Virus record (IMG/VR): IMGVR_UViG_3300043409_002246
Location: 1 to 64,000 of that record
Strand: one strand, 5' to 3'
DNA: 64,000 bases
Origin: a virus
Shown: positions 54,301-60,350 of the stretch, piece after piece
Layout: each line of letters begins with the position of its first letter
Numbering within the stretch: position 1 is the first letter of the stretch
Position numbers and translations under genes: made by a program
The notes under the pieces: generated by a model
The model's input: the letters and a program-made list of their open reading frames with translations, nothing else
Databases searched by the model: none
Told to the model about the DNA's origin: nothing

Positions 54301-55224
54301 GGCAAAGACGCTTCGCTGTTCGCGGAATTGCTGGCCGCGACCTCCCCGCAGACGCAGCCGAAGCAGAACTTCGAGACGGCGTATCACGCTTTCGAGCTTT
54401 ACAAGGCTGGTTGGTTCGACGATCTGGTTGCCGGGTTTATCGAAGGGCTCGACAAGATTGAGTCCGGCGTGCTATATCAAGATTACGTGGACGCGGTGCC
54501 GGCGAGCAAGCGGCCCGCGAAGATTTCCGACGAGACTCTTCTCGGCTGGTGGATTGACAGCCAGAATTTGCGCCCGACGAAAGCGCCCCGGCTCAAAGGC
54601 AAAAGTCTGAGCATCGAAGACGAAGTGCTTTTCAACGCCAATAGCGTCGCGGTGCTGAAGGTCGCGGCCCGGAAGTGGATGACGGAGAACACGGGACCGA
54701 AGACGAGCCAGTTCGTCCGCAACCTGCTTGGACTTGACCACGGCGCCACGATTGACCTTTGGGCCGACCGTTCGGTTCGCGAGGCGGCTTACTCCGACTT
54801 CGAGAAACGCTGGCGGATTCTTCCGGAGAACACCAAGGGCGTGTCCGACGTGGACTTCGACTTTTCTCAGGCCGCATTCAAGCACGGCGCGGACAAACTT
54901 GGTATGAAACCAAGTGAGTTGCAAGGCGCGCTCTGGTTCTTGGAAAAACGCCGTTGGGCGGAGAAAGGCTGGTCGCAACTCAATCTCGGCGATTACCTGC
55001 CGCACTTGCAGGAACTCGTGGATGCCGGCCCGCTCTCCGAGGCGCTAAAGAACGTCCCCATCTCAAGGGCTAAAGCCTTGGCCGACGTGGTCATCGCGCG
55101 CAAGCAACTGGTGAAGGCGAAGGCGGAAGTCGCCAAGATCGAGCACGCCGAAGATTTGGCCATCCGCCGGGCGAAGTCGCGGCAGGAAACCTTTGCCCTT
55201 GACATCAAACCCAAAGCCAAGTAA
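45319..55224 (+). CDS. Giant polyvalent internal virion protein (~3301 aa): zincin, radical SAM, ART-like, 2x GNAT and HhH-like modules separated by [FY]MA[ED]K
   Basis: HELAH...EELAAE; CRHKCTFC; FYHGS...GKGFYFT; YRR.GLAEAL twice; ATSPQ...GPKT...TIDLW; last gene of the ejection cluster. Confidence 0.85.
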   Translation: MSSLIDTNRIADPAPEPLSMNIPDPGLAPLPAPPAGGFQMLPLPVAPVAPVAPAEPWSPPDEISGLPGTESWSPPDEISGIESAEQWSPPEADVALEKIRSYSPEKLAEMAEPERQALWAEVRDFAPPDDLKKLADASAKHRAIGLTPKIVAEGVAGTLGTLWKMGTSLVQAGWSATHLPGPSDIKKILKATSKDEALKILADVSTRSDAELVSGLSTASANAVILARDAIREIVNFEPPVGKALGIPGTRDILSAVTGTDLTKRLGADVSDPENFLEPEDNVKRFLNDFDAADAVNKTAEGQSVFSEWLGMDAAELKKQDIEINPEAIEGFGVALDITNLVPALGALKSLKVVKLAGVGNAAARSALVDEAGKVYLTTAKEGTALFMAQRLAQKAAAGVAAVGDAAAKFGKRAFQSKTVGAGAFGALAAGHAATAGKAAALAGGTMLSGKAVAGIARMAGSQTAINFATDVGVSALKGAKGGLLFGLPLAALTDDPEKQVAMATIAPAIGGVIGGAMGGATGIKRAALAKTEAINRTILKNAEQLGDVDPAQPHDLAVEGHEAVEAMHRENQSKIADDNSRNRVNIVRRLAEKLGRPMYVVTPDQFAALGVRAASGVADHPINGKPAMLVKLNPDGSLPALGHELAHPVLDSFKAENAPEGMAPEMVALRQRLHDELMASFRKRKVGAMEADMNSTLVKAVKAAQVALAERPESARLQIKLAEAQAALQKEGINLGQGAEELAAEALTVVMEGRGLTGDVKFTPENASAANRLFLSLLESLGLVNDQVLARLPEGMDRKSNVSPGQEVEHTQRSIRAAQALWDNFHDNPLIKEALADAGGTPEAPAAPDAPVAPVVPDNAAAIAARLAELKKSGTHTLAQKLLDKFNRGEVLTPDEQANFDTFFGKLNLGKPAQPVIAPVAPQPIPPVIRGVKPTPPFNPGSKELNGLNMPLGTDVPVNPVTPGAPPVIEAPSRRGQTSADFNNPARDAADAATAAQAERVAKSNLPKEAKSAFAKIAALPGALWKILHEGAKNEEGAAGMLDQRRRQVIQAARDNPALRDEANKYGWMKKSSEVTSGGEEILVGFNGEALLANALLAVKEIGFKKVPYLKDKVVGGELTGEGLRAIREDQLKYLQNQNAGFGGDGSKLVRGKETAQHVPAEDPNYTPQQLSSPDALDFINLTMGENTPISAKVYTKGTPVPILAADFAKANKKVGTPALGKDGQPLIYAKEPFAGQPIEGFNKLRADLEAQGVNFRDLKPASERLNVKNLRGAEVMENVSGMKPNVSVTTAAGFMAEKRAIQIEGPDGKMYDATFDGWQDFGKLKGWGQQAQITTLEKMPGFSDGTTTYEAALREAGYKVQDFGKPQTLKEDPAAHVPGEVSKRPDDTALKLPTPADAPVKLAGDDIGLTPARFMAEKVSGSEHTEQSPSYPDAIEKAKARGGNAWVRQTDSPTNADRVLLVQFAPELMYPNGPDPISTPYYEKLYSGVRKGFDKAPTFWEIPQWAAVAKNNLAKSDFYAVHNVAEAKAFLEKADYGRVAFSVMDVSKALTEELVPHIKGEVDLGGYTDRTAAAALSPKSHIWNSMNEFVEAQGVKYQKGFDYAHFRGTPIIPRMELSAGCRHKCTFCTIDRKVTNSPVSEVNAQVDSFSDLNAKLVYLNDKTFGQSPNVAEMPRIFKQMKEANPEFEGFVIQTTAAQMKLFKPEFLKEAGIKYVELGVESYNDSILKPLRKPANEKLIDEAVTKLRETGVNFIPNIVIGFPEETAATYAHTMDFLRKNEDIISHVNVYNLAVYEGTEISGKIKTKTAGDVDENTAAKSFHKDPALHAKFAKDVYDFATERLGKPAAFMAEKVARERTAEAHPSLKDETGMPKMFYHGSFKSKELIASGGWDIDKTKSGGLFGKGFYFTDNPGVAGGVPWRNSLRKLVGKSPEGYAMQPTSTNSFFEQKVNPAEGTPGVFPAYLDLRNPFIADKTYTGPEALALIEKLPPLPEGYGTARKFFERTLADAPRPLRGTDLFKAVQEYAIKSQKADEFLGYQADPSGASLKGLEMAPDRVVRWMQEAGYDGVTYLGGVTRKATFTSLGEHAVAVAFAPEQIISPYEKPGSEPGRFMAEKGRPLTEAGEALERKGLFFTGTRDPKDGLTVLRYSNSSGEPVADISFRAADGAKSATVNMVFTDETYRRLGLAEALTREMGARLQEAGVTDLKGTAVSNKEGEFPAIGLRKKVFGNVEIRPIKGLEGTDKTVGMQDIRSKVDPNQKFMAEKTQATKEIESSGLEFSEKGNTLKFKDGKKTVAYLRYSVNDGEAYLDETKTDAGYRRRGLAEALYRELGSRLQKSGITVLDGDVISEAPLHLRKKVFGNVQESGKELTLSVPEPLLNQRDALLEEKRGLEKVLLDVENEITRAWNAGERKTSAKNELALKQAETNLAAVRQRVEDFNRDNPGVLGFQKSPPGHDATKKFDDHVWMQVSSKVDPNQKFMAEKTWITREGEVVDAKGDHARDAAERHGVKITNDTRDKSVNAALDKGEVQAELMDNTLYLFADAASFTELNRRQRAAIEKAALEGGHAVVYNGKHIEDFGPAMKFMADKATNSRGLPPAVEKDVRRAARILRASEQRLRDLPDGASLEQRDAAVGSLSKAEQLLNDVNLNYDILDFPALEWVRKSLREHASDLTDLLNTERRPAITEDAALIGRLADGMDDLLKPASKSFMADKSPTVWITPDGKKEPLGGVLHEHYLAQNSDKLNKKFGTKFSGEYDEAQRLKALNAGFVRVRSSGQGDMTVELNERFWGKRKAQLLAHALDNVAEMNSLTVDLLTDKGKHVAGNYADVYVSKDPSQAIRDVFSEMLLPTGKPTVKEPTAIQRARAMREPQYMADKVKAPVVEDQLELGKPAPPIDRYNREFVKSLTLEQKKEHFPEAVVTARDADGTPPLIGSDIVGSPMVKKYGEAAAIKKVGDKLAARYEEFKNDPAVELGRTWYSRFTGPLKKHFGKDASLFAELLAATSPQTQPKQNFETAYHAFELYKAGWFDDLVAGFIEGLDKIESGVLYQDYVDAVPASKRPAKISDETLLGWWIDSQNLRPTKAPRLKGKSLSIEDEVLFNANSVAVLKVAARKWMTENTGPKTSQFVRNLLGLDHGATIDLWADRSVREAAYSDFEKRWRILPENTKGVSDVDFDFSQAAFKHGADKLGMKPSELQGALWFLEKRRWAEKGWSQLNLGDYLPHLQELVDAGPLSEALKNVPISRAKALADVVIARKQLVKAKAEVAKIEHAEDLAIRRAKSRQETFALDIKPKAK
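52087..52124 (+). repeat. 38-bp direct repeat (37/38 identical to 52744-52781)
   Basis: aaagttgacccgaacca(g/a)aagttcatggcggagaaaac. Confidence 0.9.
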
Positions 55225-55234
55225 CTTGTGACCT

Positions 55235-55426
55235 ATGATAAATGATAAGCTACCAGAGATTTCGGAGAAAGAACTGCCGGCGCTGATTGACGGTGCGCGG
55301 CAGGCAACCAGTTCCGGCCTCGACGGATTCATCCGCCGGGTGCTTGGTCTTGGCGCCGCAGATCAAGCCACGCTTGAACAATCACCCCCAAACGACGCGG
55401 TTGATAATCAACCGTCCCGCAGTTGA
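55235..55426 (+). CDS. Small hypothetical protein
   Basis: 63-aa ORF whose stop lies in the next -35 box. Confidence 0.5.
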   Translation: MINDKLPEISEKELPALIDGARQATSSGLDGFIRRVLGLGAADQATLEQSPPNDAVDNQPSRS

Positions 55427-55451
55427 CAATTAACCGCCGCAGAGGCATCTT
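55423..55451 (+). promoter_or_regulatory. Promoter TTGACA-N17-CATCTT, leaderless
   Basis: ATG 6 nt after the -10 box. Confidence 0.75.
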
Positions 55452-55457
55452 AAATAT

Positions 55458-56057
55458 ATGATCGAACAACTCATGCCGGCGCCCAGCGCCGAAACCGAAG
55501 CGCCCGTCGAACCGACTCAACCCGAGGCGGAAATCCCCGCGCTTGAAGAAGGCACCGAATTCCCCAAGGGCGGGCAACTCCTATTCCGCGCCATCGCCAA
55601 CGGCCAAATCCCGGGCGCCTACGTGGCGGCGGGCTCAACCGGCGGCATTGATAACCCTCCGCCGAGAGAGGCGATCACCGGTATGGGGATCGAATTTTTC
55701 AAGCCGAAGGTGTCAACGGACGTAATGGCAGTGCTCTACAACCCGAAAGCCCTGAATGTCAAGGAGTTAACCCGCCTCGACGAGACGGGCAAGCTGACCG
55801 AGGTTTTCCCGAACGCTGCCAGCATCGTTGGGAGCCCCGCCAGTGCGTCGGAGGATCAGACCAACCCGGACGGCTCGGTCGCTCCCAGCGTGCCGGAAAT
55901 GCCCCAGCAGGTGCCAATCCAGCCACGGCAGGCCGCAGGTGGGGACCCGATGGCTGCACAGCGCCTCGCGGTGCTGAATAGTGGCGGTTCCCCCTCAAAA
56001 AGAGTCGTCCCCGGCGGCGGTGCCGTTCTGGACGGTCTAATGCGCCGCGCAGTCTGA
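55458..56057 (+). CDS. Hypothetical protein
   Basis: 199-aa ORF with its own promoter. Confidence 0.7.
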   Translation: MIEQLMPAPSAETEAPVEPTQPEAEIPALEEGTEFPKGGQLLFRAIANGQIPGAYVAAGSTGGIDNPPPREAITGMGIEFFKPKVSTDVMAVLYNPKALNVKELTRLDETGKLTEVFPNAASIVGSPASASEDQTNPDGSVAPSVPEMPQQVPIQPRQAAGGDPMAAQRLAVLNSGGSPSKRVVPGGGAVLDGLMRRAV

Positions 56058-56088
56058 TTTCTGCCCTCCCCTCTGGTTGAAAAACCAT

Positions 56089-56120
56089 ACGCCGTCAGAC
56101 GTGAGTCTGGCGGCGTTTTA
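56089..56120. terminator. Intrinsic terminator between convergent blocks
   Basis: acgccgtcagac-gtga-gtctggcggcgt followed by TTT. Confidence 0.75.
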
Positions 56121-56133
56121 CTGAATGTCGCCT

Positions 56134-56163
56134 TGTTACAAGAAGTGGGAGCTTTTTGTAACA
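56134..56163. other. Candidate tyrosine-recombinase core site (attP/lox-like, 12-6-12)
   Basis: TGTTACAAGAAG-TGGGAG-CTTTTTGTAACA (arms match 11/12), ~160 bp from the recombinase stop. Confidence 0.5.
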
Positions 56164-56233
56164 GAGACGATTTCCCGATCCGGCAAATGTCAATTTTCAA
56201 GAAATTAGCAGTAGATTGATAGTTCAGCGAAAA

Positions 56234-56263
56234 GGCCGCTTTCACCGAGCGGTGAAAACGGCC
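56234..56263. repeat. Inverted repeat/hairpin downstream of the recombinase
   Basis: GGCCGCTTTCACCG-AG-CGGTGAAAACGGCC. Confidence 0.7.
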
Positions 56264-56324
56264 AGAGTGAGGCAATCGTAGGATTTTATCTCATGGGTTC
56301 ACCCTCCTTTCGCACAGTTCCTTT

Positions 56325-57215
56325 TCAGAAATTCATCTTCGCGGCGGCGGAGCGCAGGTGCTCGTTGCTCAGGTGCCCGTAAACCTTCGACACCAGAATG
56401 CCGCCGTCGGAGTGGCCGAGCATCGCGGCCACGGTCATAAAGTCAATGCCGGCCATGACGGCGCGGCTGGCGAACGCGTGGCGCAGGTCGTGTAAACACA
56501 TCGTCCCCAACCCAGCCGCGCGGCTGACCGCGCTGAAGACTGCCGAGGGGCTGATCCAGTGGCCGGCGCTGGTCCGGTCGGGCGAGGGGAACAGCCACTC
56601 ATTCTCGTCGCGCCGCGAGGCATACATGGCTTTCAGGTGATCGAAAAGTGACTTGTTCATCACCACGACAACGTCCTTGTCGAACTTGGTGTGAAACACG
56701 ATGGTTCGCTTGCCGAAGTCAACATCCGACCAGCGGGCGGAGATTCCGGCCTGCCGCCGGCAACCGCTATAAGCGACCAGCCGCAAGTAGTCCGCCAGCA
56801 TCTTCCCGTTGCGGAACTCCGGTCGCTCCTTCCAATCCAAGCGGGTAGCCACGGTGCAGAGCCGTTCGAGCGCGTCGTCCGGTATCAACTCCCGGCGGGG
56901 CGTCTTGTGCTTTAGCGGCTTCCATTCCGCCGTCACCAAGGGCGCCTTGGAAAAGAGGCCCGTTTCCAAACCGAACTTTAGCACGTTGTGCAACGAGAGA
57001 ATGTCGAGGTTGACGGTGCGATTGCACACGTCCTCCCCCCGGTTCATCGCGAACTCGTTCAGGTCGGAGCGGGTGATCTGGTCCGCCTCGCGGTCGCCGT
57101 AGGCGGTGAGCCAGCGGTCGAGCGTGTAGCGTTCTTTCTGCACCGTCAGCGGCGACTTGGATCGCAGCCGGGTGACGGAGTCCAAGTATTTTTCAGACAG
57201 TTCTCGTAACTTCAT
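56325..57215 (-). CDS. Tyrosine recombinase/integrase (short, ~296 aa)
   Basis: YSGCR, TK, HDLRH, LGH, VYGH catalytic residues; ATGA-coupled start. Confidence 0.9.
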   Translation of the reverse strand: MKLRELSEKYLDSVTRLRSKSPLTVQKERYTLDRWLTAYGDREADQITRSDLNEFAMNRGEDVCNRTVNLDILSLHNVLKFGLETGLFSKAPLVTAEWKPLKHKTPRRELIPDDALERLCTVATRLDWKERPEFRNGKMLADYLRLVAYSGCRRQAGISARWSDVDFGKRTIVFHTKFDKDVVVVMNKSLFDHLKAMYASRRDENEWLFPSPDRTSAGHWISPSAVFSAVSRAAGLGTMCLHDLRHAFASRAVMAGIDFMTVAAMLGHSDGGILVSKVYGHLSNEHLRSAAAKMNF

Positions 57216-57415
57216 GCGCGTGCGAGGGTAGTGGTCTGGCCCCAGCGCGGGAAAAACCATCCCCGGACGGCCCATTCGTGGCGGGTGAAGGTTTTGCCGG
57301 TGGGACGCCGGTCGGTGATTACGCCCGTCTTGGGACAGACGCGGTAACTTTCCTCCGGGATGGAGCGTTGACGCGGAGCCGGCCTTGCCGGTCCTTTGCA
57401 GTGTTCAAGTTTCAT
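57212..57415 (-). CDS. Small basic protein co-transcribed with the recombinase (leaderless)
   Basis: ATG 6 nt after the -10 box; its stop overlaps the recombinase ATG. Confidence 0.55.
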   Translation of the reverse strand: MKLEHCKGPARPAPRQRSIPEESYRVCPKTGVITDRRPTGKTFTRHEWAVRGWFFPRWGQTTTLARA

Positions 57416-57421
57416 GCAGTC

Positions 57422-57450
57422 AATTTACACGGGTCCCCGGCCACTGTCAA
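57422..57450 (-). promoter_or_regulatory. Promoter TTGACA-N17-TAAATT (TG-extended), leaderless
   Basis: Host-sigma70-like boxes. Confidence 0.75.
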
Positions 57451-57457
57451 GCGCCAA

Positions 57458-57868
57458 TTAGCTCAACCCCGAGGGCGCGGTTTCGAGCGCGTCGTGCGGC
57501 TTCATTTTCACCTTGTTCACGGAGAGGAACATCATAACGTTGCGGACGATGTTCTCCGTAATCATGGCGATCAATTCCTCGCCGAGGCCGTTCGTCGCCG
57601 CCAACCGCAGCCGGCGGGTAACAGCGAGCGTGGCGTGCGTCGCTTCGTGCGCGACGAGCGGGACGTTGACGAAGTTCCGGCAAAAATTGAGCGTGGCAAC
57701 CCGCTTGCGTTTTCGAGCATATCCGACGGTGCAGAATGCCCAAGTATCGTGGCCCCCGGGCCCGAAGGCTTTCTCGAAAGATTTCACCGACTCGTGCAGC
57801 ACGCACGCGACGGTGAAGTTCGAGCAGTTGATGGCCCGGAAGGAGGTTCTTACTTTGGTAATCCTCAT
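57458..57868 (-). CDS. Small HExxH metallopeptidase-like protein
   Basis: VAHEATHA...EELIA. Confidence 0.6.
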   Translation of the reverse strand: MRITKVRTSFRAINCSNFTVACVLHESVKSFEKAFGPGGHDTWAFCTVGYARKRKRVATLNFCRNFVNVPLVAHEATHATLAVTRRLRLAATNGLGEELIAMITENIVRNVMMFLSVNKVKMKPHDALETAPSGLS

Positions 57869-59121
57869 TCCATTGGAAAGTTGCCCGGGATGGTGTAAGG
57901 GCGCTCGGCGTAGGTCTTGGCCCATTTCAGGCTCAGGTCATACTCGGCGGTTTTCCCGTATTTCGGGTGCATGAAGAAAAGCCGTTGGCTTGGGTCCACG
58001 GGATTGAAGTTCTCAGCCAGTCCGTAATTGTCGAGGCCCGGGAACCCACCGTTAATTGTGACATCCCCGAGTGCGTGCGGTAGAACAATTCCCCGGTGCA
58101 AATGACCGGTGACGTAATAGTGCGGAGCCTGCCTTCCGTGCTTCCCGAACAGTTGAGTCTTGGTCGAAATCTCCCGCGCGATAGCGTGGTTTGGAATTCC
58201 CATCGCCTTATCGCCGCCGCGTAGGTGGTCCCCGTGTGCGGCGTGAAAGGTGAAGCCTTGAACCTCGAAGATGCTGAAGGGCTGGCAGTCGAGATCAAAG
58301 TTAATGTTAGGAATGTCGTGGACCAAAGATTGAACCATCGCATAAAAGAACTGGTCGAGGTTGCTGAAACGGTTTTCGGTCGGCATCTTGCGCTGATTCA
58401 TCCAGCGGGTGTGGTTGCCGACCACGGTTTTGATGCGGAGCTTCGGGAAGTGCGGCGCGAGATTGCGGAGGAACTGCGCGACCGCGTGGCTGGCGCCGTA
58501 GAACTGGCTGAACAACGTAACGCGCTGGCCGGCTTCAACGCCGTGGTTCAGCGCGCCGTCGAGCATGTCGCCGAGCATCGCGATCACAAGCTCGCTGATC
58601 TCGGTCGTGGTGTGGTTCTCGCGGATGGAAATGACCGACTCTTCCAGATACTTCAGGCGCGCGAGGAACACGTCGAAATTGTAGTTGCCGAACCCGAGGG
58701 TCTGGTCCGGGCGAATGTCCTTGCCGACGTGCGTGTCGGAAAACAGCAGCATCGCGCTCTGCGGCGTGCCGTGGTTGCGCGGGCGCAGCTTCGTGATGGC
58801 CGGCGCCGACTTATATGACTTCGGCGCTATGTCCTTGATCTCGCCCACCAGTTGCTCGACTACGGATTGCTCCTTGAGCGCCTTCTGGTATTTGGCGGAG
58901 AGTTCGTTGAACTTCACCCGCCACAAATCACCGGTCGCTCGTTCCTTGTCACCTTCGTAAGTGACCGGTGGCAAGCCATCAGTGACAAGCGATCCGAGCA
59001 GGCCGAGCCGCTTGCGGGCCTGCCATACCGTGCTCCGCGAGCGCCCAAGGGAGCGCGCCAACTCGGCGGTGTTCGCCCCCGAGCCAAGGGCATCAACTTC
59101 AGCATCAGTCCAGTTTTTCAT
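57865..59121 (-). CDS. Calcineurin-like metallophosphoesterase with N-terminal HTH
   Basis: SDTH, GDMLDG, GNH, HGD, GHLH. Confidence 0.85.
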   Translation of the reverse strand: MKNWTDAEVDALGSGANTAELARSLGRSRSTVWQARKRLGLLGSLVTDGLPPVTYEGDKERATGDLWRVKFNELSAKYQKALKEQSVVEQLVGEIKDIAPKSYKSAPAITKLRPRNHGTPQSAMLLFSDTHVGKDIRPDQTLGFGNYNFDVFLARLKYLEESVISIRENHTTTEISELVIAMLGDMLDGALNHGVEAGQRVTLFSQFYGASHAVAQFLRNLAPHFPKLRIKTVVGNHTRWMNQRKMPTENRFSNLDQFFYAMVQSLVHDIPNINFDLDCQPFSIFEVQGFTFHAAHGDHLRGGDKAMGIPNHAIAREISTKTQLFGKHGRQAPHYYVTGHLHRGIVLPHALGDVTINGGFPGLDNYGLAENFNPVDPSQRLFFMHPKYGKTAEYDLSLKWAKTYAERPYTIPGNFPME

Positions 59122-59546
59122 TTCGATTTTCTCTTTCGTTTGGTGGTTGGTGGTTGTGCCATCATGGAAATAAGGTGAGCGACGTGGCGGTTCGCGTCCT
59201 CCTTGATTGCTACTGCGTTCTGCGCCTCAATGTCGAGGCGCTGATTCACGATCCGGGTGCCGGTCGCGACCTGCCGGTATTGCTCGCCGCAGAGCGCGGC
59301 GGCGTAGGAGTGGCCGTCAACTGGCTGGACTCCCCAGCGGGTGTCATCGTCGAGGATTTTTTCCAGCCGGTCGCACGCCTTGGTCAACGTGACTTCCAGC
59401 GTGGTCCGATGGTCGCCGTTCGCCGACGTGTCTTTGAAGTCGCCGGAATGAGTCAAAAACTGACTCGTCGTAGCGACTACGTGCAGGCAGTCCGCAATTT
59501 GATGCGAGGTAATCTCGCGATTGGTTCTCACGCTCATAATGTTCAA
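59118..59546 (-). CDS. Hypothetical protein
   Basis: ATGA overlaps on both sides. Confidence 0.6.
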   Translation of the reverse strand: MNIMSVRTNREITSHQIADCLHVVATTSQFLTHSGDFKDTSANGDHRTTLEVTLTKACDRLEKILDDDTRWGVQPVDGHSYAAALCGEQYRQVATGTRIVNQRLDIEAQNAVAIKEDANRHVAHLISMMAQPPTTKRKRKSK

Positions 59547-60037
59547 ATCCCGAGTTCCTTCCGGGCGAGGGCCAGCAGATGCCTCGCGTCAACTTCGTTG
59601 TCGTCCATCGCGCGGAAGCCGTCGCCGGCCTCGTTCGCTACCATGATTCCGCCGGGCAGCGCCTTCGCCATGTCTTCCTTTTTGGCGTTGCCGAAGCCCG
59701 TGGCGAATTTCTTCAACGTGCCGACGGGCACCGCGACAAGGCGGACTTCCGGGTGAAGCAACGTCACAACGCAGCGCAGGCTCGCCCAAAGCTGTGCCTG
59801 ATACTGCGTGCTCAAAAATTGAACGTCCTCGAAATAGACCACGTCCACGGGCAGGACCCCCCGGATGAAGGCTATGAGCCGGGCGGGTCGCATGTCACAA
59901 CACCGATGAAGGTTCATCGCCTTTTGCGTGGCGATCTCCTTCGGCTTGGCCAGCGTCCACGTCCCGCCGGTGACAATGCCCTCGTCGAGCATGGCCCAAC
60001 CTGTCTTCGTCCCGAGATCGAGCGCGAGGACTCTCAT
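59543..60037 (-). CDS. ruvC: RuvC-like Holliday junction resolvase
   Basis: VLALDLGTKTGWA, YFED, KKFATG.GNA.KEDM, DNEVDA. Confidence 0.8.
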   Translation of the reverse strand: MRVLALDLGTKTGWAMLDEGIVTGGTWTLAKPKEIATQKAMNLHRCCDMRPARLIAFIRGVLPVDVVYFEDVQFLSTQYQAQLWASLRCVVTLLHPEVRLVAVPVGTLKKFATGFGNAKKEDMAKALPGGIMVANEAGDGFRAMDDNEVDARHLLALARKELGI

Positions 60038-60309
60038 GCCACGTCCATGTAGCGGTGAATCGCTTCCTCGCGGACGCGGCACGCAAGCAGTTGTTGGTTT
60101 ATGGTTCGCTGATTCGTCTCGTCGCCGACCTTTGTGCGCCGCAGCAGGCCGCGCAGGACGCGCGCTTGGCGGAGGGTTGCGTGCAGGCGCGACTTCACCT
60201 TCTTCAGGCTCAGGCGCGGCCAGAACATAAACACTTTCTTCTCGCCCTTGTTCACGCGAACCTTGGGCCAGTCGGAGTGTCGTTTCATTTTGATGTTTTT
60301 CGCATTCAT
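60034..60309 (-). CDS. Basic hypothetical protein
   Basis: 91-aa ORF, ATGA-coupled to ruvC. Confidence 0.6.
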   Translation of the reverse strand: MNAKNIKMKRHSDWPKVRVNKGEKKVFMFWPRLSLKKVKSRLHATLRQARVLRGLLRRTKVGDETNQRTINQQLLACRVREEAIHRYMDVA

Positions 60310-60314
60310 GGTTT

Positions 60315-60350
60315 TTTGTTTGTTTGTTTGTTTGTTTGTTTGTTTGTTTG
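60315..60350. repeat. (TTTG)9 / (CAAA)9 simple sequence repeat
   Basis: Nine perfect tetramers filling the intergenic gap. Confidence 0.95.

Noticed and set aside
56060-56325. tRNA/tmRNA 3' fragment as attP core
   Set aside because: No T-arm GTTCRA..C or CCA-end match found by eye; no tRNA gene seen anywhere in the window (tRNAscan/ARAGORN not run).
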